From a virus: a stretch of DNA of 64,000 nucleotides. The notes under the pieces are model-generated. The model was not told the DNA's origin and made no database searches. It worked only from the letters and a program-made list of their open reading frames with translations. This document shows positions 43,070 to 53,730 of the stretch, piece after piece. Made by a program: the position numbers and the translations under genes. The stretch is taken from positions 3,597 to 67,596 of the IMG/VR virus record IMGVR_UViG_3300016476_000688; one strand, written 5' to 3'. Numbering within the stretch: the stretch's first letter is position 1; each line of letters begins with the position of its first letter.

Positions 43070-43501
43070 ATGAGTAAATTAAAATCAATGCTGGTCAAAG
43101 ACTCTTCTACTTGGGTAGAGTTTCCAGATATTCCAGGCTTTAAGGTAAATCTTCGTTTCGTTTCACGCGAAGACTTACTAAAAATTCGTAGTGCTAGCTT
43201 AACTTATAAATTTAATAAGCGCACTCGTCAACGTGAAGAAGAAGTAGATACTGTAAAGTTCTTAGAGCACTATGCTGAAAAAGCAATTGCAGACTGGAGC
43301 GGTTTAAAGGTTAAGCACCTACCATCTCTTCTTCCGGTCGATATTTCTGGAATGAATCCAGAAGAAGCAGTAGATTTTACAACAGAAGATGCTATAGAAC
43401 TTCTACGTAACTCTCCTGTATTTGACCAATTTGTTACAGATACGCTAAATGACTTTGAGCAGTTTTCACTAAAGAAAAAAGAAGATAGCGTAAAAAACTA
43501 A
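43070..43501 (+). CDS. tail assembly chaperone (G-like)
   Basis: Position; ends at a slippery site. Confidence 0.8.
   Translation: MSKLKSMLVKDSSTWVEFPDIPGFKVNLRFVSREDLLKIRSASLTYKFNKRTRQREEEVDTVKFLEHYAEKAIADWSGLKVKHLPSLLPVDISGMNPEEAVDFTTEDAIELLRNSPVFDQFVTDTLNDFEQFSLKKKEDSVKN
43492..43498 (+). other. -1 programmed frameshift heptamer A AAA AAC
   Basis: The -1 frame is open (KKLTEYLRQS...) and continuous with ORF 43561-43866. Confidence 0.85.
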
Positions 43502-43560
43502 CTGAATACCTCCGTCAGAGTTTAAATGGCGGAGGTATAACTACAGAACAGTACCTATTA

Positions 43561-43866
43561 ATGTGTGAGCAAATGGGTTGGGAACCATCAGAAGAAGAAA
43601 TGCCTTTAGACGCAGCTTCTTTAGATATAAACGCGCAATATGCTCTTATATTACTTAATAACTTACCTGATAAGTGGGAAGGCATGAGCGGTACTTGGAT
43701 GGGAAAAGACTATAGCGGATTAGCTGCTATAATGGATATATACGAAATAGAAAATAGACGAGAGGTATTTGAGCTGTTAAAGGTTGCCGAAGATGAGTTA
43801 GGCAAATACTACAGACAAAAACAAAAAGAGCAAGAAAGTTTAGCTAAAGCAAAGAGAGCAAGATAA
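43561..43866 (+). CDS. tail assembly chaperone (T-like), reached by -1 frameshift
   Basis: Frame -1 relative to 43070. Confidence 0.8.
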   Translation: MCEQMGWEPSEEEMPLDAASLDINAQYALILLNNLPDKWEGMSGTWMGKDYSGLAAIMDIYEIENRREVFELLKVAEDELGKYYRQKQKEQESLAKAKRAR

Positions 43867-46800
43867 GTGGCTACTATTACCAATGTAATAAATACCAATT
43901 TTAAAAGTACTGGTGCCGATAAAGTTGCAAAAGATGTTGATACTTTAAGTAGATCAACTACGCGACTTGGTCAAAGCAGCGCAGGTAATGCACGTCAGTT
44001 TGCCGCTCAAGCGTCTGGCTTAGGCGGTTTAGTAGCAGCATACGCTGGTGCTGCGGCAACTATCTTTGCTTTACAAGCTTCTTTTGATGCGCTCGCACGA
44101 AGTGCACGCGCTATACAAACTCTTGAAGGATTAGGTGCTTTAGCCAACACTTTTGGTCAAAATGCAAACGACTTACTAAGTAGTGTGCGTGATATAACAA
44201 AAGGTCAGTTAACTATTGCAGAAACTGCTCAACAAATTAACCTTTCCCTTAGCGCAGGTTTTAATACTGAGCAAATTGAGGGATTAGCTGGTGTAGCACT
44301 CAAAGCATCTAGAGCCTTAGGTCGTGACTTATCTGATTCATTTACTCGCGTAGTCAGAGGTTCTGCTAAGTTAGAAACCGAACTACTAGACGAACTTGGT
44401 ATTTTTACTAAGATCGAACCAGCTACTGCTGCCTATGCTGCTCAACTAGGTAAAAGTAGACTTGAGCTAACTGAATTTGAGCGTCGTCAAGCCTTCGTAA
44501 ATTCTGTTATTGCAGAGGGTGAGCGAAAATTCAGTTCTATAAATACCACTTTACCTACTACTGCTGAGCAGATTGAGGCTTTTGGTGTAAAGATTATAGA
44601 CCTAGCTACTCAAATAGGTGGGCTTCTAGCTGAGACTCTTGCGCCTCTCACTAACTTTTTAACTAACAACCTAGCTGGGGCCTTTGCGGCTGTAGGTACA
44701 GTGGCCGGTCTTGTGGCTGCTAAAGGTATCTCTTTACTTAAAGGTTCTTTAGATGAGTTTGCGCAAACCTCAGTGACTCGCGGTGCGCAAGTAGAGCAAT
44801 TCTTTTTAAGATATAGTGCTGCTGCTAGAGCCGCTAGAGAAGAAGCACAAAAAGATATAACAGCAATCAATCTTACTAAAGGTCTAGAAAGACCTTTACA
44901 AAAAGAACTAGGCCAGCTTAAAGAAGCTGCGGCTGTACGTACTCTTACAGGTGCTGAACTTGATAGAGTTAAAAGCATACTAGAGCAAAGACAAGCTAAT
45001 TTACTAGCACGTAAAGAACAAGAATCAGCAGCTTTAAAAACAGCAGCTACTACAGAAGAAATAAAAAAGCAAACTACTGCTCTGAATAACACTAATTTAA
45101 GATTAGAGCAAACTGCTAAGTCTCTTAAGTTACTAGAAGCTTCTTCTGCTGGCGCTGCATCGGCTATAGCTAAAACGGCTTCTACAGCCGTTACAGGATT
45201 CATTAATCTTGGGGCAGGTATTGCTAGAACTGGTGCTAGTTTAGTAGGCTTTGCCGGTAACGCGTTAAGTGTAGTATCTGTCTTGAGCTTAGTAGGAGCT
45301 AGTATTGCTTCTGCTATAGGTAAGCAAGAAGAGTATAATGCTGTTCTAGCTAAGTTTGGTAGTTTAATAACAAACTTTTTTACATCAAAAGCTGGCAGAT
45401 CTATAGAAAAAGGATTGTTATCAATTTCTGCAGATGTTCTATCAGATTTAGAAAAAGTTGACCCAGAGTTAAAAGCTATAGAAGAATTTAGATTCAGCAC
45501 AAAGTTTCTAGGCGTAGAAATTGATGTAGTTAAAACTAAGGAAGATTTAATCAGAGAAGTAAGCGCTGCATTAGCAGAAGCCGCTCAGGCAGGTAGCAAA
45601 ACTTTTGGTGAACAATTAAGTGATAATATAGTAGGTGTTGGTGCTGGGGCACTAATCGGACAATCTCTAGGAACTGGCATAGGTACAGCTGCAGGAATTG
45701 CTATAACTGCAAAACTCGGCGGTACTCTAGGCGCTACTTTAGGGTCTATAGCAGGGCCTATCGGTACTGCTGTTGGTGCTTTATTAGGTGCGGGTATTGG
45801 CTTTGGTGTAAGCAAATTTTTTGGAGAAAATGAATTATTACCAGAAGATGTTAAAAAACAACTAGAAGTACAGTTTGGCGCTAATATATTTGCAGGTGAT
45901 CAAGGAGCACAATTAGCAATTGCTCTTCAAAAAATAGAAGAGCAAGCAGGTGCAGCAAAGAATTTATCTTTTGAAGGTAGAAAGTACTATGAAACTCAAG
46001 TAGAGTTAGCTGTACAGCTTAGCTCTAATCTAGGCATGATCAGAGAACAACAACAGCTAGCTGAAAAGCTAGGTGTCGAGCTTTCTTTATTTAAAGATAG
46101 ATTCGAGATTGAAGTAACAGATGGTGTACTTAAATTAGATCCTAAGCTAAAATTAGACATACCTATTAGTTTTAAAATTATAGACCAAGAAGAAGTAATA
46201 AAAGCGGCTGATAGGATCACAGAAATAGCAAATAAAGCTAGAGAATCTGCTGCAGGCACACCAGAACGTGTAGTTAAAACACCAAGAGGTACTTTTACAG
46301 TACCAGCACAACTATCAGAATTTGAGCAAAAACTAAAAGAAATAAATAGTTTACAAACAAGACTTATTGCTGCCCAGAATGAGGCGGCTAATCAGACTGT
46401 GGATTTCACTAACTATGAATCACTAGGAATATCTATGGGTACAGCAGCAGAGGAGGTAGCTTACTTAACTAATCAACTAGCTGCTGCCGAAAAAGAATTA
46501 GGTATGCTAGGGGCTAAAAAAGAACTAACCGAAGCTCTTGTAACTACTTTAGGTAGTTTGTCTAGTGCTGCTCTTGATGCCGGCGATTCATTACTAAGAG
46601 CGCAAACATCTGCTTTACAGACTGAGTCAGCTTTGGCTACTTTAGATGAAGGTATAAGTAATGGCACACTAAGCTTAGAAACTTTAGCACAAGCTGAAGG
46701 ATCAGTAGTCAGTGCCTTATCCCGCACAGAAACGCAGGTCGAAGCTAGTGCGGCAAAATTAGCTAGCTTAATAAAGCTAAGAAATACGGCTGAAAAACAA

Positions 46801-49092
46801 GGCGCAAGTACTGAGGTTCTTACTTTACTAGACGGTGAAATAGCAAGAATTTCTACTCTACAAAACGAACTAAATACTAACATAATTCTACAACAGCGCC
46901 GATACGAAGCTGTAAGAGAAGTAGCTAGAGCATATGAAGAAGAGATCAAAGCTATTGACGCTATCAAACGTACATTTGGGGATTTAGTTAACTTGCCTCT
47001 AGCAAAGCTAGGTGATTTAGACGCACAAGGTAACTATATACTTGGCGTGCAAAATAGACAGATTGCACAGTATCAGCAATTAAACGAAGCTTTTAGACAA
47101 GCTGCTGATAAAAAAGCTGCTGCCGATGCAACTTTAGAAAAAGTAAGAAGTGTGCAGACTGGTGCAGATTTTATTGCAACTGCAGAGGCAGACGCTGCTA
47201 AAGCAGGAGAAGTTTACAACTCTATACTCAACGTAAGAATTAATTTAGCTAGACAAGTAGGCGATGAACTAGTTGCTGGAATAGAAAAGTTTGAGAATAC
47301 TGTTAGCAGTTTAGCCGAAGAGACTAATAATAAGCTAGCGGAGATAGCTCGTAACGAAACTATAGCAAAGATTAATTTTGAAATTGATAAAGCAGATATA
47401 GCCTTACAAGGCGTAGAGGCTGCTGCAGCTTTTGAGCAAGCTTTTAGAGAAAATCAAATTAAGCTTATCGAACTGCAAGTAGATAATAAAAAACTAGAAC
47501 CTGTAGACGGCGCAACACAGGTTAATGCGCTAAAGCAAGAAATTCAAAATATACAATCTAATCTGCTAGCTGATCAAAGAATGATGGCAGCAGAACAATA
47601 TTCTAGACAGCAAGCTCTATTAGGTGAAGAGTACAGAGCCAAAATTGCACAAATAGATTTAGAGGCTAAACAGTCAGCACAAAAAATACAAGCAGAATAT
47701 CAAGTGTTAGCTGATACTGCTACTACTTATAATAGTTTAACAAGCCAACTACAGCAAGCTGCAGTTGATGGTGGTAATGCTATGGGTAGAAGCATAATAA
47801 ACGCTATCAATGCAGGTGTTAAAGCCTTTGTAGGGTCTTTTGGAAAACTAGGTGGTATGTTAGGATTAACCGCTCAAGAAGCTTCTTTTGCCCCTGCCGA
47901 GGTATCCGCTCCACAAATGGTAGACCTACCTAGCGGTCAAAAGATTAGCGAGTTTGACCTAATGCTAGGTAAATTAGAAGGTAATTTAACTACTGCTACT
48001 AATTCAATAGAGCTACTAGCTGAAACTCAAAGAGAAACTGCTCTTGAGAGTTATACCAGAGATACTATTCTAGCAGCCAAGCGAAGAGAATTAGAAATAG
48101 CAGAGTTTGAACGTAAAGTAGCTTTACTAGCTCAGGAAGAAAATATTTCAAAAGAGCAAGCAGAAAAGCGACTACGTGACGCAAAACAAGCAGGTGGTGG
48201 AGATAAAGACCGTGAGCTAACTGCATTAGAAGAAAGACTAAAAGCTCTATTTAGTGCTATTAAAGGTAATATAGAAAACACTCTTATGAGTCTTAATAAC
48301 TTAATTTTCTACGGTGAAGGCAACTTTAAAGAAATTATGGGTAGCTTCTTTAAGAATCTACAACAAGATTTCTTTAAGACAACTGTGGCTGAGCCTGTAT
48401 CAGACTTTTTAACTACTAGCTTATTTAGCGCTTTAGGAGTTGAAGGTGCTGGAGTCAAAAAAGGAACTAAAGGACTTACTTATGATGGTAATTCACTATT
48501 AGTTCGTGTTACAAACGCTTTTGATTTTATGAATCCAGCTGCTGACGCAATAAATGTATCAGATACCGTAGGAGAAAAAGGTAAAGGCATATTCGGAGGT
48601 TTCTTCGATCAAATTACTGGCCTATTTGGTAAGATTTTTGGTCAAGGCGGTTTTCTATCTAAGCTGTTCGGAAACTTATTTGGAAATGGCGGTATACTAT
48701 CTGGTCTATTTAAAGGAGTAGGTGGTTTATTTACTAGCTTACTTGGGTTTTCACAAGGAGGCTTGGTACATCTAGCTGCAGGCGGTGCGGCAGCCTCTGC
48801 CACAATAAATCGTGACCGAGTTCCTGCAATGCTTGAGCCTGGCGAATTTGTAATTCGCAAACAGTCTGCTCAAAAAATAGGTATGCCCGCACTTCAAGCT
48901 ATGAATGCAACAGGTAATAGCTCAGGTAATAACGCAGTTTATGTAAACGTAAACAACGAAGGCACACCTAAGAATGTTGAACAATCACAACCTCGTTTTG
49001 ATGGTGAAAAATATGTTATTGATATTGTTATGAGAGATATAGCAAATAATGGTCCTATTCGTAGATCACTACGTGGACGTGGAGGGTTATAA
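43867..49092 (+). CDS. tape measure protein (1741 aa)
   Basis: Ala/Leu helical; T5 pb2-like GLV..YA..AA.IFAL; C-term D.VPAML.PGEFVI. Confidence 0.92.
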   Translation: MATITNVINTNFKSTGADKVAKDVDTLSRSTTRLGQSSAGNARQFAAQASGLGGLVAAYAGAAATIFALQASFDALARSARAIQTLEGLGALANTFGQNANDLLSSVRDITKGQLTIAETAQQINLSLSAGFNTEQIEGLAGVALKASRALGRDLSDSFTRVVRGSAKLETELLDELGIFTKIEPATAAYAAQLGKSRLELTEFERRQAFVNSVIAEGERKFSSINTTLPTTAEQIEAFGVKIIDLATQIGGLLAETLAPLTNFLTNNLAGAFAAVGTVAGLVAAKGISLLKGSLDEFAQTSVTRGAQVEQFFLRYSAAARAAREEAQKDITAINLTKGLERPLQKELGQLKEAAAVRTLTGAELDRVKSILEQRQANLLARKEQESAALKTAATTEEIKKQTTALNNTNLRLEQTAKSLKLLEASSAGAASAIAKTASTAVTGFINLGAGIARTGASLVGFAGNALSVVSVLSLVGASIASAIGKQEEYNAVLAKFGSLITNFFTSKAGRSIEKGLLSISADVLSDLEKVDPELKAIEEFRFSTKFLGVEIDVVKTKEDLIREVSAALAEAAQAGSKTFGEQLSDNIVGVGAGALIGQSLGTGIGTAAGIAITAKLGGTLGATLGSIAGPIGTAVGALLGAGIGFGVSKFFGENELLPEDVKKQLEVQFGANIFAGDQGAQLAIALQKIEEQAGAAKNLSFEGRKYYETQVELAVQLSSNLGMIREQQQLAEKLGVELSLFKDRFEIEVTDGVLKLDPKLKLDIPISFKIIDQEEVIKAADRITEIANKARESAAGTPERVVKTPRGTFTVPAQLSEFEQKLKEINSLQTRLIAAQNEAANQTVDFTNYESLGISMGTAAEEVAYLTNQLAAAEKELGMLGAKKELTEALVTTLGSLSSAALDAGDSLLRAQTSALQTESALATLDEGISNGTLSLETLAQAEGSVVSALSRTETQVEASAAKLASLIKLRNTAEKQGASTEVLTLLDGEIARISTLQNELNTNIILQQRRYEAVREVARAYEEEIKAIDAIKRTFGDLVNLPLAKLGDLDAQGNYILGVQNRQIAQYQQLNEAFRQAADKKAAADATLEKVRSVQTGADFIATAEADAAKAGEVYNSILNVRINLARQVGDELVAGIEKFENTVSSLAEETNNKLAEIARNETIAKINFEIDKADIALQGVEAAAAFEQAFRENQIKLIELQVDNKKLEPVDGATQVNALKQEIQNIQSNLLADQRMMAAEQYSRQQALLGEEYRAKIAQIDLEAKQSAQKIQAEYQVLADTATTYNSLTSQLQQAAVDGGNAMGRSIINAINAGVKAFVGSFGKLGGMLGLTAQEASFAPAEVSAPQMVDLPSGQKISEFDLMLGKLEGNLTTATNSIELLAETQRETALESYTRDTILAAKRRELEIAEFERKVALLAQEENISKEQAEKRLRDAKQAGGGDKDRELTALEERLKALFSAIKGNIENTLMSLNNLIFYGEGNFKEIMGSFFKNLQQDFFKTTVAEPVSDFLTTSLFSALGVEGAGVKKGTKGLTYDGNSLLVRVTNAFDFMNPAADAINVSDTVGEKGKGIFGGFFDQITGLFGKIFGQGGFLSKLFGNLFGNGGILSGLFKGVGGLFTSLLGFSQGGLVHLAAGGAAASATINRDRVPAMLEPGEFVIRKQSAQKIGMPALQAMNATGNSSGNNAVYVNVNNEGTPKNVEQSQPRFDGEKYVIDIVMRDIANNGPIRRSLRGRGGL

Positions 49093-49508
49093 TGGCGAGT
49101 TATCCAACAGACGCTACTAGCCTATTTACTACGGCTACTTTTACTTCTATGGCTGATAGAAAGCCAGACACAGGCTATTCCACTCAGAATGAATTTAATA
49201 CCATACTATTTGAAACAGAGAGCGGATATGAGAAACGCAGACTCCGCTCTCGCAGATCAAAACGAACTTATGAGCTAAGGTATACGAAAGTTACAGGTCT
49301 AGAAAAATACGCAATTGAGAATTTTTATCGTAGTCGTAGCGGTAGTTACGAGGCGTTTTATCTAGACCTGTCTCATGTTAATGATGTAGGTACGGTAAGA
49401 GTTAGGTTCGATGGACCTCTTAAAGTAGACCACGTACTAAGTGCCGGGTCTAATGTATTACAGAATTTTTATAGTGTATCGTTTACACTAAAAGAAACAT
49501 ACGATTAA
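49092..49508 (+). CDS. distal tail protein (gpM/Dit-like)
   Basis: FET.SGYE.R, F...R.G..EAF, VRF.GPL. Confidence 0.75.
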   Translation: MASYPTDATSLFTTATFTSMADRKPDTGYSTQNEFNTILFETESGYEKRRLRSRRSKRTYELRYTKVTGLEKYAIENFYRSRSGSYEAFYLDLSHVNDVGTVRVRFDGPLKVDHVLSAGSNVLQNFYSVSFTLKETYD

Positions 49509-49520
49509 AAGGAAACCTCT

Positions 49521-51089
49521 GTGACAGCTAGAAATTATGACGTAATACTTAGAGTATCTAATGCTACTAGGTTTACTACTGGTAATATAGTAGTAGGTAA
49601 TACTACACAAACTGTTGGTATTATAGCTGGAAAAGACACAGCAAATAATATACTAAAAGTAAAACTAGCTAACTTACTGCAAGAGTTTAGCAGCACAGAA
49701 TCTATACACTCTAACATTATTAGCATATCTGGTACTGCTAACGGTGCTATTAATAACGCTTCTGCTTTACCTTTTAGAGCTAACGTTATGAGCGGTAATG
49801 TTACTACTGCGGCAGCTAATATCACGTCTATTAGTCCTAGCGCTTTTATAGCTGAGAAAAACGCTTTTACTCAGAATCCAATAGTTAGGTTATACTCTTT
49901 ATATTATCCAGGAGACTGGTATCCACCAAATGAATATGATAACCCAACAGAAGGTGGAGAAGGCAGAGCCTGGCCTACGGATTTTCCAATCCGCTTTGCA
50001 GAAATAGTAGGCGATATCAGTGATGATATAAGCTATAATGTTAGTTACGGCGGCACAACCTATTTGCCGTTCCCAGTATCAATAACAGGCATAGAACAGA
50101 GTTCTGATGGCAAAATAAATGAGCTATCTGTTACTATGTTCAACGTTGATAACATTATTTCTCGACTGGTAGAAGACCCATATCTAGCTGGTAATAATAT
50201 ATCTAATGCTACGATGGCTCACATTAATGGTGAATTAGTACATGGAATAGATCCAAGAACTGTTGATATAACAATCGCACAAGCAAACGCTATAAGTGTA
50301 GAATTTGGTTCTACTCTATCAAGAGCCCGCTCAAACGGTTTAGTATTCAACCTAGACGTAGTAGCTGAGTATGGAAAACAAAACGCTGCATTTACCTATG
50401 AACAAACTAAATCAGTTAATGGTATATGGCAACCATATAAAGAGGATTCTAGAGACTTATTAGGTGGTGTAGTAGATATAAAAACTACTTTTGCTAATTT
50501 CCTTGATTACTGGCCTGAGTATAGTTTAATTGAGACTGTTGCTTCTAACGTAATAACGGTTAGAAACTCTACTCCATACAGAGTTGGAGATAATGTGCGA
50601 TCTTCTAAGGGCGCAACGGAAGCAACTATTCAACAAATAGACTTAGATCATACTATATATCTAACAAACTCTGTACACCCAGCTACTGTTACTGGTGATC
50701 CGCTTTATATTATTAATCCAGAGGCTGATAGTGATAGCTATGTACAAGATAAGTTTAAGATAGACCAATTAGAAAGTTTATCTGATCACGTAGCTACTTT
50801 CTCTCTAGTATCTTGGTTACAGTACTTTAAAGTAATTGTTCCTAAAAGAAAGTTTTATAAGAACACTTGTCAGTGGGTATATAAAGGACCTGAATGTCAA
50901 TATCCAGGTCCGGGAGGCTTACCGATTCCTGGCACTACCTTAGTATCAAACACTAACTCTATAGGTGCAGACAATCAAATATCCTCTCAAGACGTCTGCT
51001 CTAAGTCTCTAACCGCTTGTACAGTCCGTAATAACCAAATTCACTTTGGTGGATTCCCGGGTGTAGGGCGTTCAGTGCCTCGTGCATAA
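49521..51089 (+). CDS. lambda gpL-like tail tip protein with Fe-S cysteines
   Basis: C-term CQWVYKGPECQY...CSKSLTAC....HFGGFPG. Confidence 0.8.
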   Translation: MTARNYDVILRVSNATRFTTGNIVVGNTTQTVGIIAGKDTANNILKVKLANLLQEFSSTESIHSNIISISGTANGAINNASALPFRANVMSGNVTTAAANITSISPSAFIAEKNAFTQNPIVRLYSLYYPGDWYPPNEYDNPTEGGEGRAWPTDFPIRFAEIVGDISDDISYNVSYGGTTYLPFPVSITGIEQSSDGKINELSVTMFNVDNIISRLVEDPYLAGNNISNATMAHINGELVHGIDPRTVDITIAQANAISVEFGSTLSRARSNGLVFNLDVVAEYGKQNAAFTYEQTKSVNGIWQPYKEDSRDLLGGVVDIKTTFANFLDYWPEYSLIETVASNVITVRNSTPYRVGDNVRSSKGATEATIQQIDLDHTIYLTNSVHPATVTGDPLYIINPEADSDSYVQDKFKIDQLESLSDHVATFSLVSWLQYFKVIVPKRKFYKNTCQWVYKGPECQYPGPGGLPIPGTTLVSNTNSIGADNQISSQDVCSKSLTACTVRNNQIHFGGFPGVGRSVPRA

Positions 51090-51189
51090 AACAAAAGACA
51101 CTAGTTTATTAGCCACTTCGGAAGAGTTCTTAAAATAAAATATGGTAAGAATTTAGTAAATCTCCTATACTAATAATAGGAGGTTTATT

Positions 51190-51825
51190 ATGATAGATAC
51201 CGATTTTGATATAAATACTTATAAGCAATGGTTATTATCCATTATTAAGGATTTTACTTTTTCAGATAAAGACCGTTACATAGAAGCTCTTTTACAGTTT
51301 GATATAGCGCCAGGTACGTACCTGAACAAAAAAGATTGTACATTTGGTTATAAAAAGCTGTTTGGGGATTTCTATAAAACAAAACCTACGTCTGTTTGGC
51401 TAAATAGATGGTTACTTCAACAATATGGCGACTATAAGTTTTGTAAAAAATGCCAGAAAATACACTCTAAAGATGAGTTTTTATATTCTAGTAAGTTATG
51501 GGATAACCTTAGATCAGAGTGCAAGACGCAGGAAAAGTTTTATGAAACTAGTAGAGACAGATTAAAGCGCAGATACAGGGATTCTATTAGACGCGTAGAA
51601 AAAGAAAACCGAACACCTGAATGGTTGACTTTTGAACAAAAATTAGAAATAGAGTGTTTCTATTATAAAGCATTGCGTTATGAAGAAGAGTATGGCGTTA
51701 AATATCACGTAGATCATATTATACCATTAAACGGAGAAAATGTATGTGGATTACATGTGCCGTGGAACTTACAGGTATTACCTGCTAAAGAAAACTTACG
51801 TAAAAGTAATAAATATGATAGATAG
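51190..51825 (+). mobile_element. free-standing HNH homing endonuclease
   Basis: CKKC..C, YHVDHIIPL.G..VCGLHVPWNLQ.L...EN..KSN; RBS in a hairpin. Confidence 0.85.
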
Positions 51826-52204
51826 ATACTTAGGTATAAAACATGACTACGGTAAGTACGATTGTGTCACCTTAGTACAACAGTTCTACGAGCAAGAACT
51901 TGGTTGTAGTTTTAACTTACCGGCGTACCCCCATTCAAGGCTTTGGATGAAACAGTATACGGTAGATTTCTTAGACGAGTGGGCATCTAAATATGGAAAA
52001 AAAGTTTCATTGACGGACGCTCAAAATTATGATTTAATTAGTTTTAAGTCGAAGAAATCTAATTTATTAATTCATTTTGGTTTATATTTAAAACCAAATC
52101 GTATGCTGCATGTTGAAGAGGGGAAAACTTCGCAGGTAGAGCAGTTATCAGACTACTGGTTACAGCATTTACACGCGATATATCGTCATGACAAATTGGT
52201 ATGA
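51815..52204 (+). CDS. NlpC/P60 tail protein 1
   Basis: YDCVTLV..FY; IHFGLY...MLH; start trimmed to 51815. Confidence 0.8.
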   Translation: MIDRYLGIKHDYGKYDCVTLVQQFYEQELGCSFNLPAYPHSRLWMKQYTVDFLDEWASKYGKKVSLTDAQNYDLISFKSKKSNLLIHFGLYLKPNRMLHVEEGKTSQVEQLSDYWLQHLHAIYRHDKLV

Positions 52205-52610
52205 CAAGTATATAAATATTCCTTATAAACATTTGGGTAATGATCCCATTAGCGGCATGGATTGTTTCAATCTGTGCCGTTACGTTTATAAAGAAGAAAC
52301 AGGTATAGAAATACCTCATTTATCTTTTGAGCACTGTAATATAGTAGATGTTGATTGGTATAATAAGACTACAGATCAATATTTTGAAACGGCAGTGCTA
52401 GAAGATAAAAGGTGTGTAAAAGTATCTGAGCCAAAACGCTTAGACTTTATTTTTATAAGTATAGGTTCTACAAACGTAACTAACCATTGTGCTATATATG
52501 TAGATAGGAATAAAATTCTACATACTATGATAAATAGGCCAAGCTGGGTAAGCCCTTATGGAAGTTACTATAAACAATACACTACAGGTATATATAGATG
52601 GACTATGTAA
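52188..52610 (+). CDS. NlpC/P60 tail protein 2
   Basis: GMDCFNL...Y; NHCAIY...ILH. Confidence 0.8.
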   Translation: MTNWYDKYINIPYKHLGNDPISGMDCFNLCRYVYKEETGIEIPHLSFEHCNIVDVDWYNKTTDQYFETAVLEDKRCVKVSEPKRLDFIFISIGSTNVTNHCAIYVDRNKILHTMINRPSWVSPYGSYYKQYTTGIYRWTM

Positions 52611-52972
52611 AATTACTAGAAGATATGAATAATCATGCTCTTAAGGAATACCCAAGAGAGTGTGTAGGTATTATTACTACTGATTTTACTTATATTCCTT
52701 GTAAAAATATCAGTGATAATCCTAAAAACACTTTCTTTTTAGATCCTGCTGATCTAGTTAAGCATGACGGTAACATTTGGGGTATATTTCACTCACATCC
52801 TGGATCAGATAATCCTCTTCCTAGTTCTGAAGACAAAGTAAGTGCTGCTTTTTCTGAATATAAGTTCTTAGTAGGTTTTAACAATAAGTTTTATACTTAC
52901 TGGTATGATAAAAATGTAGATGCACTAAAATTTGAAAAACTAGAGGAAAAACACTTTGTTAGTAACAATTAA
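52598..52972 (+). CDS. JAB/MPN metalloprotease (gpK N-terminal-like)
   Basis: ECVG; HSHP; PS..D. Confidence 0.85.
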   Translation: MDYVKLLEDMNNHALKEYPRECVGIITTDFTYIPCKNISDNPKNTFFLDPADLVKHDGNIWGIFHSHPGSDNPLPSSEDKVSAAFSEYKFLVGFNNKFYTYWYDKNVDALKFEKLEEKHFVSNN

Positions 52973-53723
52973 GCCTCATTCTTCTTTTAGAAAGTTCTTT
53001 TCTGAGAAAGAGTATATCGCAGATTTAAAAACATATAACGACATACTGTTTTATTTAAACGGTATGCACAAAAAGTTTATAAACTACTTAAGACTGCAAA
53101 AAGCTCAAGGAGTAGAAGAGAGTTTTGTATTTCTAGATAAAAACTTAAAGATTATCAGCCCTGATCAGCTTCAGATTAAGCACGCAAAAGATGGTGATGT
53201 TATTCACATAGTGCCTGCTGTTGTGGGTGGCGGTGGAAAAAGAGGTGGTATACTTGCAGTAATCGCTTTAGCTTTCTTCGTTTTCGCTCCTATCGCTGCC
53301 GGTGCTGCTGCTAGCGGTGCAGCAGCTCCTGGTGTTGCTGGTGCTGTAGGTTCGGCTGCTGGTAGTGGCGGTTTATTTGCTGGTAAGTTAGGTGGTTTTT
53401 TACAAAATCTAGTAGTAAATATTGGTTTAGCTCTGCTTTCATCTCTATTTGCGACAAAGCCTAGTGAGGAAAATACACGACAAAACGATATGTTTGGTTC
53501 CTTAACTAACTCAACAAGTTCTGGTACCCCGATTGGGTTAAATTATGGTATGATCAGAGTTGCTGGACAACTTGTTAGTGGTTATGTACTAAGTATTGGG
53601 CACGCAAAAACACAAAACATGAATATATACGGCGAAGTTATAGATTCGTCCACTTCTACTGCTGTAGCAGAGCAAGAAGCTACTAGAGCCCAGTTCTTAT
53701 CTGGATTTAATAGCTTTACGTGA
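52956..53723 (+). CDS. gpI-like ubiquitin-fold tail assembly protein
   Basis: IHIVPAVVGGGG motif, hydrophobic linker, P..L.YG..RV.G C-term. Confidence 0.75.
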   Translation: MLVTIKPHSSFRKFFSEKEYIADLKTYNDILFYLNGMHKKFINYLRLQKAQGVEESFVFLDKNLKIISPDQLQIKHAKDGDVIHIVPAVVGGGGKRGGILAVIALAFFVFAPIAAGAAASGAAAPGVAGAVGSAAGSGGLFAGKLGGFLQNLVVNIGLALLSSLFATKPSEENTRQNDMFGSLTNSTSSGTPIGLNYGMIRVAGQLVSGYVLSIGHAKTQNMNIYGEVIDSSTSTAVAEQEATRAQFLSGFNSFT

Positions 53724-53730
53724 GGAATTA

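Noticed and set aside
44610-48860. Minus-strand ORFs within the tape measure gene
   Set aside because: Antisense shadows without RBS or motifs.
51090-51825. Group I intron around the HNH gene
   Set aside because: Both flanking genes look complete, only ~100 nt of non-coding flank exists, and no P7 (R/S) core motifs were seen.
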